The notes beneath the pieces are model-generated. The model did not search any database, was not told the DNA's origin, and saw nothing but the letters and a program-made list of their open reading frames with translations. The position numbers and the translations under genes are program-made. Of a stretch of 64,000 nt of DNA, positions 47,701-57,659 are shown piece after piece; the first letter of the stretch is position 1; every line of letters begins with the position of its first letter. The DNA is taken from IMG/VR virus record IMGVR_UViG_3300045988_112739. One strand, written 5' to 3'. This DNA comes from a virus.

Positions 47701-49430
47701 TCATCAACTTCTCCAGAACCTGCCAAAGTGTTCATTTGAGAAGTAATTTCTGTATACTGGTCTAAAACTTCCCTTACAGTTTGACCCGCATAATCTCCCT
47801 CTGTAAACGTTTTAGACAACGAGTCTATCGCTATATTTTTTGCATTGTCAAGTATTTGTTTGTTTTGCTGATATTCAGTATCTTTTTCTATTGCTTTGAT
47901 TTCTTGTGAAAGCACGTCTCTAAAACTTTGATAGGCTTCTTGGTTTTCTTTCGTAATTTCTCCACTAGAAATTTTCTCGTCAATAATTGTTAATAATTGT
48001 TTCATATTTTCAACAGTTTGAAAATATGATTCTGACCCAAACATAAGAGCCTCGTTTGCCAAATAGACCTTGCCACCAAATCCGCTAATTTCTGATTGTA
48101 AATCATTTATTACATCAAAATATTTTCTGGCAGCACCACTGTCTCCAATTTGTGTGACTGCTCCGTGAAGCTTACCAGTGGTAATGTCTCCGTAATTCCA
48201 AAAGCCGATGCTCTTTTCGTAGTCAAAAGCCGTTGCTACTTCATCGGAAATATCAGTCCACGTTTCACTCGCACGTTGCTGTGAAATTTGTTTAAGTGTA
48301 GCCAAAGTTGTTTCAAGTTTGCCATTTACTACATCAATTCCGTCTGCTTCTGAACCGTAAGTCTCAACTATTTGGTCTCTACTAGTTAATAATTCTTCTG
48401 CCTTTTCGTTTTTAAGAGACGTATCAGATATAGAATCATATTCTTTTTTGAGGTTTTTATATTTTTCTATAAGCTCATCTATAGAAGAAGATGTATCATT
48501 ATAGGTGTTTATGGTTTCAATCGCGTTATCACGAGCCTGTTCTGCGGCTTGACGAGCACTCATAATGGCTGTCGCTATGCCTGAAATTGCAATAGATACA
48601 ATTCCCAAAACTAAATTCAACGTTGACATAGCCGTTGTCAATCCTTGTGTCGTAAATTGCATTGTCTTTTGTTTTGCTATTGCCCCAGCTAAACTTATAG
48701 TTTCCTGCTGGTTGAGTTGTATATTATTTTTTTTTGCCATTGCAAAAAGTATTGCCGCTATTTTACCTTGCTTTTGACTTTCTGTTAAACTGTTGTTTGA
48801 TATTATAGCCTGCATATTAGCAGCAGTTTGCGCATCTGTGTTTAACAACAGTTGTGCTTGTGCAGTTGTCAACCCCATATCAACTAATTTTTGAGCTTTC
48901 TTTTCTGCATTTAAAGCCTTGCTGCTTACAATAACTGCAATCTGTTGTTTTTCGTACGCACTTAATGTTTCCCCGTTTTTAGAGATTATTGTATCTAATG
49001 TAGCCCAGCTACTTTTTAATCCTGTAATTGTTTGTCTTAAATTTTTTGTAGGAAGGACTACGTTGTTTAACAAACCTTTAAATCCTTTGCTTAAACTAGA
49101 TACTAACGCAGGTATTCCTTTAAGAGCCTTAAAAGCAAGAAAAAACCCTAAAACATTTTGCAATACAGGTGCTTTTGCTGATAAAGCATCTAATACACTA
49201 AGCATTCCACTCAATAATGAAACTCCAATTTTAATAGTTCCACTTTGGTTAAGACCCTGTATAAATTGTTCCCATTGTACAGTTAATTCGTTTATTTTAG
49301 CTTCAAGGCTACTCATATAGTGAGTATACTTCTGAGCAGATGTACCAGAAGCTTCCATTGTTTTGTTTGTATATTCAAGAACTTTGTCGTAGTTCTGCAT
49401 TACTGCAATAAAGGTATTTCTTTGATGTAC
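44751..49430 (-). CDS. tail tape measure protein, exon 3
   Basis: Begins VHQRNTFIAVMQNYDK.., the usual continuation after the ..IAG motif of TP901-type TMPs. The track start MKVTEL (49448) is interpreted as intron 3' sequence. Confidence 0.7.
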   Translation of the reverse strand, partial: VHQRNTFIAVMQNYDKVLEYTNKTMEASGTSAQKYTHYMSSLEAKINELTVQWEQFIQGLNQSGTIKIGVSLLSGMLSVLDALSAKAPVLQNVLGFFLAFKALKGIPALVSSLSKGFKGLLNNVVLPTKNLRQTITGLKSSWATLDTIISKNGETLSAYEKQQIAVIVSSKALNAEKKAQKLVDMGLTTAQAQLLLNTDAQTAANMQAIISNNSLTESQKQGKIAAILFAMAKKNNIQLNQQETISLAGAIAKQKTMQFTTQGLTTAMSTLNLVLGIVSIAISGIATAIMSARQAAEQARDNAIETINTYNDTSSSIDELIEKYKNLKKEYDSISDTSLKNEKAEELLTSRDQIVETYGSEADGIDVVNGKLETTLATLKQISQQRASETWTDISDEVATAFDYEKSIGFWNYGDITTGKLHGAVTQIGDSGAARKYFDVINDLQSEISGFGGKVYLANEALMFGSESYFQTVENMKQLLTIIDEKISSGEITKENQEAYQSFRDVLSQEIKAIEKDTEYQQNKQILDNAKNIAIDSLSKTFTEGDYAGQTVREVLDQYTEITSQMNTLAGSGEVDEKAYNDLKTVADNLLQTLSTATGLTSNERIAELVGRSITEAGQEFEKSQQKAQANILIDKAVESSGLSEKIKGMFATDIKQTQDKEITDLLGGIRESLKDKNDIDMSISEIVDSLELLGYTYQKTETITATDLIAGFPTDAKQITNAVDNIEKLNNAIKALSEGTTPDIEELFELKTAGVDITNLTQGGLDNIAKIEAVRNDYVQSMLDTLDEQLNINNATMVKQKDITDEQRLEITNQNKLLELEKQIVSNAVDGVKTTANEYVTAIKSAGELIAEVAGYGDSTISEDILSSMVDQYSGMASIVEKYRLGMIDNDELLKAFKQFYNNDIDNFYDYQQKKYMKTDEYYSSWLNENSSFVEEFKNKYGIDLKNYTNYIDAKSAIENKYSKTRADAEKYQLAELFDEDNNLKPELRGAMSNAPSWYIEILKECQEYLKDYPKIIEEFANKFDQGSSTASVNLDEELDSRLDVVTSRMKDAYSLMHELGQESSQITLDTLDSMKSAYPAITEYIDRYLRKEMTRQELISKFKELYEQDKTNYKNAQIEKLSYSSDFYKNAILGNKELVDKFNKQYHIDLKNFATVTAAKEEILNNFNKLTEAQALTGKLTISDFIDLNTLDTTAWYETIAKNPSLIIGGQQVVDSISAIKDLLEATGEVAEDTADGIVDTIEKSVYSVEDALSDISTVLSKQVEYYEDIANGIVAAAQLEIDALDKEIDLLDKKNEAQQRQIALQEKLEALNKAKTQRSVREYNAETGQFEWTTNKKDIKKAQQEYDQQLEENRKQDLEDSKEWLEKYGESFSNIPETIQNQRDVKSALSWLAQYRGVNASTLSAKDLLNLSDKEQQAFRSRYGKAVDINLGFEDAQSQKELNKAKANLISGGYATNGKSGFAFDWKSIMTALGTSVTTLATSLDKYAEILKPTSFAETKPTTNMITNVTNTGEVKNNYTFTGDMEFKFDKNIDAESFWSEIVTKIQNKNGITTVQ

Positions 49431-49720
49431 CAATTCTGTTACTTTCACCTAAAAGGTTACTGACTATGTATTAAACATAGCGGTCGAAGTTCTTCCAAAA
49501 GTGTCTTTACACTTGACCTCAACTCTATATATTTCTATATAGTTCAGACTGTATTTTCATCTTTACAGATGTTATCCTCTGCGGTCGTTACGATGAGATT
49601 ATAAATAATCTTTATCTCGGTATTGTCTACAGCATTATCTGTTTAGAGTTTCACCGATATAGGATAATTCTGATATCTAAAAGATATCCATATATTTCTA
49701 TATGTTCGGGCATACATTTT
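49431..49720 (-). ncRNA. group I intron B in the tape measure gene (290 nt, no ORF)
   Basis: P1 GGGUa/uGCCC (49724..49720 with 49712..49708). P10 AUGUAU (49717..49712) pairs with exon GUACAU (49430..49425). The P7'/P9 segment auacagucugaacuauauagaaauauauag is nearly identical to the dnaE intron. Terminal G at 49431. Confidence 0.65.
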
Positions 49721-50282
49721 ACCCGCTATTGCAGTCGCAATTTGTGCCTGTTCTACGGTATCAAATTCATTCCATCTACGCCCAACATCATCTAGAACAT
49801 CTTCAAGATTTCTAAATTCTGTTGCACTATTTCTAAGAGTAATATTATAACGTTTAAGAACCTTTTCGGAATCGTTAATAGCTTCTCCCTCGTCATCAAT
49901 ACTCTTACCAGCTTTTACATTCTGCAAACGAGAGAACATTGACTTAAATGCCTGACCTACTGTTTCTGCTGACAATCTAGTGGTTTCACTTGCTGTAGTG
50001 AGCATACCCACCATTTTATCAAAGCTAACGCCAGCAGCACTAGCAAATGAAGCAGAATACTGGAATGCAGTAGCAAGTTCTTCTGTACTTGTTGCCGCAA
50101 TAAGGTCGGCATTAACAAGTTTATCTACTACTTCTGCCGCATCGTCTGCTTCTAATTTATATGAGTTTAAAATTGCAGTTAATTTTTCTGTAGCTTCGCT
50201 TGATTCCATTGCACCAAGCGTTGCCATCATAGTAGATGCTTTAAGTAATTTAGCAGTTTCCTCTGCTGTCTTACCCTGTCTC
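49721..50282 (-). CDS. tail tape measure protein, exon 2 (TP901-type core)
   Basis: RQGKTAEETAKLL...ATSTEELATAFQYSASFASAAGVS...TVEQAQIATAIAG. It has no start of its own. The track ORF 49643..50230 runs into intron B. Confidence 0.7.
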
Positions 50283-50622
50283 CTGTTATATTAACTAGAG
50301 TTCGTCACACTCTAATCTTATAGTTTCCTATAAGCATAGACTATATCTTCAATCTAAAAAAGATTGTCCCCCACTTCGATTTAAGGGGTTCTCACCCACG
50401 CCATATGACGATTGCGCCCTACTTCTATTGTCCACAAGGACTTACGAATAGTCGTTGAACCTTTCTCCTAATAGGAGACTTGGTTGCGGATTGTCCAATA
50501 TTGATACTTTTTACTATACCTTAATAATTAGTTAAGCCATTATAATATTGCTATTATAATTTAGTATATCAATCTCTAAGGAGTTTCCCGCAGTTAAAGG
50601 GATTTATAATGACCTAATTAAA
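50283..50622 (-). ncRNA. group I intron C in the tape measure gene (about 340 nt, no ORF)
   Basis: Minus-sense AAGAUAUAGUC (50349..50339), CAACGACUA (50458..50450) and GGACAAUCCGCA (50496..50485). P1 GGCUu/AGGUC has a U.G pair. The join gives SGSVEW-L-RQGKTAEE in frame. Boundaries are good to a few nt. Confidence 0.65.
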
Positions 50623-53429
50623 AGCCATTCAACAGACCCAGAACTCACAATTTCTGTTGTAGTTCCAAGTTCTTTTGCAAGTTCAGAATAACTAGCTAAA
50701 GTTTTCCTAACACTAGTATCAGTCTGATTAGTTACCATTTGTACTTCTGTCATGGTCTTATCGAATTCTTTAGTTTTTTCGATAACGTTTGACAAGCCTT
50801 GTCTCATTTCCATGAACAGTCTATTAAATATATTAAAACTAAAAGCAACAGCCGCAGTACGTTGGAAACTTGCTTTTAATCTTTCTAACAGTGTCAGTTG
50901 CTTACTATTACTCTGATTACTACGAGTTACATTATCTGCCATTTTAGCATTGGCTTCCGCTACCATATTTGTATAAGTTGAAGTTTTAGCTAATGCATCA
51001 TTGTCTTTAAGTAGTGCATTATACTGCGCTTGTAACCTATCAACAACTGCTTGTTGCTGATTTACAGTAGCATCATTATATGCTCTTGCTTTATACTCTT
51101 GAAGTGTAGATTGTGCTTTCTTCAAATTAGTATAAGCAGTAATCATTTTATTAAGGGTTGCCAAATCACTTTCTTGCTTTGCTTTTATAGTATCGTCTTT
51201 TATAGTGGCGTTAGCTTCTGCTACTACGGTTCTTAACTTTTCATATTGTTCTCTTGTAATACCTAAAGTGGCATTGAAACTCTTCAAAGACATTTGTCCA
51301 CTTGAAAAATCAATTAAATTTCCAAGTCCACTAGTGCCAATTATAGCAGACATCTTATCTTGTACATTTTGATAAGCGGCAGTGTATATACCTTTGTCGC
51401 CCTTGCCAGCCTTATTAGTAAGTTTGCCTTGTTCTCTGCGTAATTCTACATATTCTTGCAAAGATTTAGTTGCTTTAGAATAAACTTCGTTTTCTTGCTT
51501 TTGACGTTGAATATCTTTTTCTTTACTATTTGCTACTCTCTGTAATGTCTGATTATATTCAATATAATTGTTTAGTAATTCTCTTACTCTGTTTGTTAAT
51601 AACTGAGTGTTTTCAGCACTTCTTAATTCTGTATTATATTCAGATAGTTTGGCTTGTGCGATTTTTTGATACTCTGTGGCTTCTTCTATATTTCCTTTTT
51701 GCATAGCAGAACGAGATTTTTGCCAAGCCTGATACCTTTCATTTTCTAATCTTGTTAATTTTGTCACTAAGTTTTGCTGTTGTACGTTTGTATCGCTAGA
51801 CGTAATTCTATTATATGTATCTGTTGGTATGCGACCATTATAAGATTCTATCTGAGTATTTACTTGATTAAGCCTGTTCTGTGTAGTTACAAATTTTTGA
51901 CTACCCGTTGTCTGTCCAGAAAGTCTACTTTCTAATTTAGCCCTTTCTGATACTAAATTTGTAAGCTCCTGCTCTAATTGAATTTGTTCTCTTATAACGT
52001 TATCTTCGTTTGCTCTTGTTTGAATAGCCCGTTGAATGTTTTGATTACGTTCCTGTAATTGCCGATTAAGAAAAGAAATACTTTCTGGGTCTTCGGCGTT
52101 CCCGTAACCGCTAAAAATAGGGTCTCTACCGCCAGCCACCCTACCAGCATTTAATGCGCTTTTCTGAATATTGTTTATTTCAAGCTGATATCTTATTTTG
52201 TTTTGTAAAAGATTATCTTCGTTGGCTTCTGCCTCGTATAATTTTAATTTCAAATCATACTCTTCTGTGAGTAGTGTTTTATATCTTTCTACCTGGCTGA
52301 CCTCATCCACATACGTTCTGCTCAAACTAGATGTCCCACCACGGCTTAACATCATATCATTAAGTGCTTTAGGGTTTACATTTTGTGGCGTTTTCCCAAA
52401 TTTATTTGTAATTGTCTGTATATCCTCAGGAGATAAAGTTATATTTGCACTTTCTCGTCCGCTTATTCTTAATCTAGCGTTTGCTTTTACTAAATTGCCT
52501 GTATCGTCAAATACGCCAGTAATCTGCCTAAACAAATTGCTATAGTTTTTTTTAAATTCGTCAAACCTTTTTCTTGCGTTGATAATTGCGGCATCCGCTT
52601 TTTGAGACGCATCTGCTGATATTTTTAATCCCTCTGCTGTATTTCTATTAAATTCAGACAATTTGGCTCTAGGGTCTTTACTTGCTATAGAGGAATTGTC
52701 ACTTTCCCCATTATTGCCGCCGCCAGACGGTGAATTTGTAGATGGATTGCCAGCGTTTTGAGCCGCACCACTTAAAGCATTAGCCGCGTTGCTAACCGCT
52801 TGTGCCGCAGTATTTAATGTGGTAGAAGCCCCACTTATACTTTGGGAAGTGTTTCCTAAATTAGCATTAGCTGTACCTAAAGCAGAAGCACTATTACCTA
52901 TATTAGTAGCACTAGTATTTAAACTAGAAGAAGCAGAATTAAGGTTCTGAACAGTGGTGTTAAGATTATCAACAGTCTGCATTAATGTTTTATTTAGAGC
53001 GTCTGCGTTGGTTGATGTACTCTTCTTATCAGCAGGAGTTGTTTTTGTCTTTTGAGCTGTAATTACTTTTTCCACTTCTTTAGTAATTGTGGCTAGGTCA
53101 GAAGACTTATATCCTGTGCCGCCTATCGTAGCTCTTCCAGCTTTTGTGTTATAAGTAAACTTTAGACTTTGGTCTGTAATCTGCCTATTGATATCCGTAA
53201 CGAATTCTGCAAAGTTCTGATAGTCTTTCTTAGATTGTTCAATCGCCTTTTGTATTGGTTCTCTAAACAGACTTTCTCCTATATTTTTAGTTCCAGAATA
53301 TTTATTTAAAGCATCAAAAAGCTTCATAATATCATTAGGAAACTTTGATACTAAATTCTGAAATTGCTGTTCAAATGTACTTGTATCTAATCCTAATTGA
53401 ACCTTGGCAATTTCTATTTTTTCTGCCAT
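50623..53429 (-). CDS. tail tape measure protein, exon 1
   Basis: Coiled-coil, Ser/Asn/Ala-rich N-terminal part ending ..ELAKELGTTTEIVSSGSVEW. The listed C-terminal LLIRSL-stop is read-through into the intron. Confidence 0.7.
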
Positions 53430-53445
53430 ATACTATCTCACCACC

Positions 53446-54189
53446 TTATTTCTTCATATCTTTAGCAAAAGCATTAATTTGTGTTTCAGCAATTTGCCAT
53501 ACTTCTTTTCTAACCTTATTTAACTCAGTATCAATCCATTTTTGTACTCTCTTAGTGGCATTGGTTGGGTGAATTATCCTGTTCTTAGGGAATTTACCCA
53601 AATTACGCCAGCTTTCTCCACCTGTTTCAATGAAGTCTATATATGCGCTAAAATCCAAACCCTTATTGATTTTTTGAGTTTGACCGAATAGAGAAGCACT
53701 ATAATCTACAAACTTTCTGGTATTTCCAGACTGTTTACTTTCATACATTTTGCTCTCTGTGGCTCTTGCTCTCTTCCCCGATTTTCCTGCAAGCCACCCG
53801 GCATGCTCTCCCCATGTTTGTCCAAAACCGGAAAGCTGGCGATAAGAAGCATTACCATACTCACCATGGTCGCTTGCGCTTATGTCATCTTTGTAGTATA
53901 CAGTCACAGAATTTTCTCCAACATCATAGCTATAACCTGTTAAATGAAGTATATCCCCGTGCCCTCTGCTTTGTGCTCTTCTATATTTTTTTGATATACC
54001 ATTTTTTCTATACCACTCTTTGTTTATTGTATTAGTTTTGTGTTGAATATCTTTACCAAGTTTATTCAAAAGAATATCGAGGTCATCTTGCGATTTCTTA
54101 TTTATAACCCTCATACGTCTTTCGACATCTGTGAAAGTATATCTATAACGTTTTTCATCAAGTCCCCATGTAATGAATCCGTTTGCCAT
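53446..54189 (-). CDS. hypothetical protein (immediately upstream of the tape measure gene)
   Basis: ORF. The position is compatible with a tail assembly factor, but no slippery site was recognised. Confidence 0.4.
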   Translation of the reverse strand: MANGFITWGLDEKRYRYTFTDVERRMRVINKKSQDDLDILLNKLGKDIQHKTNTINKEWYRKNGISKKYRRAQSRGHGDILHLTGYSYDVGENSVTVYYKDDISASDHGEYGNASYRQLSGFGQTWGEHAGWLAGKSGKRARATESKMYESKQSGNTRKFVDYSASLFGQTQKINKGLDFSAYIDFIETGGESWRNLGKFPKNRIIHPTNATKRVQKWIDTELNKVRKEVWQIAETQINAFAKDMKK

Positions 54190-54193
54190 AAAA

Positions 54194-54817
54194 TCACTCC
54201 TGATTTCTATTCATTACCTCATTAGCAGTTTCCTTTTGAAGATTATTTACAAGCGTATTTAATGTCGGACTGGTTAATAACTGAACTGCATTCAATTTAT
54301 CCAACACATCTTTATCTAATCCGTTATTAATAATATCAGCAATTTTTTCAATGTTCTGTAAATTACCATTGGAACAGAATATATCATGTAATTCATTTAA
54401 TATCCAAACGGTTTCAATTCCACAAATTCTACGAGAAAGCTTTTTGAATTCATCAACATCGTTTTTACACTGGTCTACTATCATATCATAGAAGCCGCTC
54501 GACATTACTAAATCATAATTTTCTGCACTACGTTCCTCGTTGGCTGAAATAATTCCTGCATACGCATTTAATATAACAAACATACTTTCTACATCATAAG
54601 TAATATAGTACGCTTGAACATCTTCATTAGTACTTCTATCTGCATCACTTATCAGTTCTGTTAATCTTTTGTTAAACACATTAATCTGTGCATACTTCTG
54701 AATAATAGGAAGATAGAATTTAACATCTAATCCTTTGACGAGTTCTATGAGTTTGTCAATTCCTACTTCTCCCTTAACATACTGTTCTAATATTAATTTA
54801 ATATCCCTAAAAAGCAT
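54194..54817 (-). CDS. hypothetical acidic protein (possible tail assembly chaperone by position)
   Basis: ORF. Position-based call only. Confidence 0.35.
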   Translation of the reverse strand: MLFRDIKLILEQYVKGEVGIDKLIELVKGLDVKFYLPIIQKYAQINVFNKRLTELISDADRSTNEDVQAYYITYDVESMFVILNAYAGIISANEERSAENYDLVMSSGFYDMIVDQCKNDVDEFKKLSRRICGIETVWILNELHDIFCSNGNLQNIEKIADIINNGLDKDVLDKLNAVQLLTSPTLNTLVNNLQKETANEVMNRNQE

Positions 54818-54832
54818 ATTAATTCCCTTTCA

Positions 54833-55870
54833 TTACAAATCGCCAAGTTGACTTTGCTTAACTTCTTTAATTCCGTTTTCATCAAAATAATCAGCAAAAC
54901 TATCCATAGCTTCGTTATCATCGTAAATCGAAATCATCGCACCGCCACTAGCTTTATTCCAACCTATAAGTTCAATTATTACAGGGTCAGGCAGTTTTTT
55001 AGCCCTTAACTGAGAAATTAAGAAGTGTCTAAGGCTATGGAAATAGAAATCGCAACCCAGTACACTCTCAATTGTTCTAGCCCAGACACTAGCAGTGCTA
55101 ATTTGTGCCTGACGATAACCCTCTGGGGTTCTGGAAACAAACAGCCACTCGCTATCTATGCCTAACCGCTTACGCTCTTCCATCCATAAATCATAATATC
55201 TCTTAAACTGTTGTATAAAAACATATTTGTACAATAGTTTGCCACGACTACCTCTACCCTTAGTGGTTATTTTCTCTGGCGTTTTATATAGACAACCAAA
55301 AACAATATTGTCATCTGTGAACCAATTAGCCTTAAACCTTAATAACTCTGCTTTTCTAGCGCCACTAGCACAAGCCAAAGCCATAAAGCAAGCAGCTTGA
55401 TATTTGCCAAGCTCAACTAATTTTTCAAGACAAGTATCTACTTGCTCTTGTGTTAATACGGTCTTTTCTCTTACTGGTTCAATAGCCACCGTTTCTATCT
55501 TCTTGACATTATTACGATATCCCTCGTAATCTTCGTCTAATATATTTTCTATGAAATTACTAAACGAACTTATAATTGCTCTGACTGTTTTTAACCTATT
55601 AGGAGAGGCATCAAGCTCGTTTGTCATATAACTAAAGAAGCGAACAAACTCTCTCTTCTTAATATCTACAAACACTTTGTTTGCATTGTGTTCTACGTTC
55701 CAACAGAAAAACAATTTAAGCACCGCTGTATACTGATAAACAGTTTGTGCAGATTTATCAGTACTTATCTTATACTCCCTAAACTCATTCAGCAAATCTT
55801 TGTTTTCTTGGTCTACTTGCGCCCAAAGTTCTTCTGAAAAAGTGGAAGTTCTTTTTGTAGTTCTACTCAT
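54833..55870 (-). CDS. tyrosine recombinase / integrase (XerC/D-like)
   Basis: ASGARKAELLRF (Arg box), HSLRHFLIS (HxxR) and GGAMISIYDD (catalytic Tyr region). Confidence 0.75.
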   Translation of the reverse strand: MSRTTKRTSTFSEELWAQVDQENKDLLNEFREYKISTDKSAQTVYQYTAVLKLFFCWNVEHNANKVFVDIKKREFVRFFSYMTNELDASPNRLKTVRAIISSFSNFIENILDEDYEGYRNNVKKIETVAIEPVREKTVLTQEQVDTCLEKLVELGKYQAACFMALACASGARKAELLRFKANWFTDDNIVFGCLYKTPEKITTKGRGSRGKLLYKYVFIQQFKRYYDLWMEERKRLGIDSEWLFVSRTPEGYRQAQISTASVWARTIESVLGCDFYFHSLRHFLISQLRAKKLPDPVIIELIGWNKASGGAMISIYDDNEAMDSFADYFDENGIKEVKQSQLGDL

Positions 55871-55877
55871 TCAAAAA

Positions 55878-56387
55878 TCATTCCCTTTCACTCAGTGCCC
55901 ATAATAATTTATTGACATCATATTTATAGTTTTTAATCTTTTTAGTTTTTTCAATTACAATACCACCATTATCAATTACATCTTTTTCATTGATTGATTT
56001 CTTAGTAGTTCTTGATAAAAAAGAATTAAATTTGTCAATACTCATAAACCAAGTTTTACTGTTTCTGAAATCAAATACAAATCCAGCAGTGACTTTGTTG
56101 TATTTTTGAGCATCTGTAAGACCATCTATTTGATGTTTTTTAATCATTTTACTAGTATCTTTTTTATCGAATTGTATTGAAAAACTTGTTCCGCTTGTGC
56201 TTTTTAATTCAAAGCAGAACAGATTAATTCCATTAAACATTAATATATCATATGGATTTCTTAGTGTAAACCTAGTGGCAACACTATCCTGTCCGAATGA
56301 TGTTGCACTGTCCTTTAGTCGCAAATAAAATATATCACTCGGAACAGATTTTCTAAAATTACTTTCGAAAATCTTACCTTCGTTCAT
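55878..56387 (-). CDS. RecU-like Holliday junction resolvase
   Basis: PYDILMF...LFCFELKST...IKKHQIDGL...AGFVFDF follows the RecU pattern (D...E.K...hQ). Confidence 0.55.
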   Translation of the reverse strand: MNEGKIFESNFRKSVPSDIFYLRLKDSATSFGQDSVATRFTLRNPYDILMFNGINLFCFELKSTSGTSFSIQFDKKDTSKMIKKHQIDGLTDAQKYNKVTAGFVFDFRNSKTWFMSIDKFNSFLSRTTKKSINEKDVIDNGGIVIEKTKKIKNYKYDVNKLLWALSERE

Positions 56388-56389
56388 AA

Positions 56390-56827
56390 TCACATTTCCT
56401 TTATTATATCCTGTAACGCCGAAATATTTTTTAATATATTAAGGCTTTTTCCGTAGTCAACGTTTTGTGAAGAAATAAGTTTATTATATGACACAGATAA
56501 CTCTTCTACGTTCTTTTCCAATATTTTCTTAGTACCTCCAAAGTGAGTTTCGGAAGATAATGATATTGTATCTATCTTACCAAAAATATTTCTTAAAAAT
56601 AACTCCGCATCATCAATGACATATATGGTCTTATCTTTTCTATTTTTAACGTCTTCCCACAATGCAAAACTTACATCATTTTTAGATATGCCAAGTTCTA
56701 ACATTTTATTAACCTTGTTGTAGTATTCTGATTTATCTCGACAGAGAATTGTGTATCCGTTCTCGTAAGCACATTTAATAATTTCTTCTGTCTTACCAGT
56801 ACCACGACTTCTATAAATTATATTCAT
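56390..56827 (-). CDS. small P-loop NTPase
   Basis: ATG 56827 follows aaggaga. Walker A SRGTGKTEE and Walker B-like IYVIDDAE. Confidence 0.5.
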   Translation of the reverse strand: MNIIYRSRGTGKTEEIIKCAYENGYTILCRDKSEYYNKVNKMLELGISKNDVSFALWEDVKNRKDKTIYVIDDAELFLRNIFGKIDTISLSSETHFGGTKKILEKNVEELSVSYNKLISSQNVDYGKSLNILKNISALQDIIKEM

Positions 56828-57028
56828 AATATTCTCCTTGATGGTTCGGTCATCACCCATATATTTTGGCAGTCTATTTATCTTCATGCAGACCAAACAG
56901 ACATATCAGGCTCAACTAACTTAATGTTGAGCCACTTTCACAGAAATTCAAAATTTTGAACCCTTATAAATAAAGGATTTTGAGCTTGATTTTGTGAATA
57001 AAATTTAATTTAATATTTTTTAATAAAA

Positions 57029-57547
57029 TTACTCGATTTTCTTTTCCACAGTTACTATAGTATCATTATGCCACCCACCATGTGCCACCAATAAAATCTC
57101 TACTATCTCAAATCCATATTTCTTACCTATTCCACCAGAATTCCAACAACAAGTTACTACATAACCATCTTTCTTCATTACCCTGCCTATTTGCTCCTTT
57201 TGTTTCGACCAATAACTTGACTGTGTGGTTTCCATATTAACTGTCTGACCCATCTTTTTATAGCACTCTGAAACCTGTCTTGGACTATAAGGAGCGTCAA
57301 ACAGAACCATATCGCAAGATTTATCATCAAACAACTTAAAAAACTCCAATGAATCTAAATGATAATCTGTATCATATGCAGTATCTAAGTCATTTGTAAT
57401 CGTACCTAATTTACTTGAATTTGCAAAAGGGTCTAATATAATATGCTTCTCAGGCAACTTAGCTATGTACTTATTTATTATCTCTTCAATAGGCTTAATA
57501 CTAAAAGTATTACTATTTGGCATACACCACACTCTATTAATTTCCAT
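57029..57547 (-). CDS. small DNA methyltransferase (DAPY motif)
   Basis: IILDPFANSS (motif I-like) and VLFDAPYSPRQ (motif IV variant). Confidence 0.55.
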   Translation of the reverse strand: MEINRVWCMPNSNTFSIKPIEEIINKYIAKLPEKHIILDPFANSSKLGTITNDLDTAYDTDYHLDSLEFFKLFDDKSCDMVLFDAPYSPRQVSECYKKMGQTVNMETTQSSYWSKQKEQIGRVMKKDGYVVTCCWNSGGIGKKYGFEIVEILLVAHGGWHNDTIVTVEKKIE

Positions 57548-57659
57548 TTTATTTTTCTCCTTTTCTTAAAATTTTGTAATACTTTACAAAATTTTCACTC
57601 TTTTATGAAATAAAATAAAATGCTTATTTTAGTCATCATAGCCCTAAAAGAAGACGAAG

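Noticed and set aside
49431-49448. The GTG start MKVTEL for 44751..49448, and the treatment of 49643..50230 as an independent 195-aa gene.
   Set aside because: Neither has an RBS, and both flank group I core sequence. The ORF ends (LLIRSL, KMYARTYRNIW.., RTQRCLKSC..) are read-through into introns. The P10 pairing places the exon 3 start at 49430.
53446-54817. A programmed -1 frameshift of the G/GT chaperone type upstream of the tape measure gene.
   Set aside because: I could not find a slippery heptamer with an overlapping extended frame between the two ORFs. This cannot be excluded without a systematic scan.
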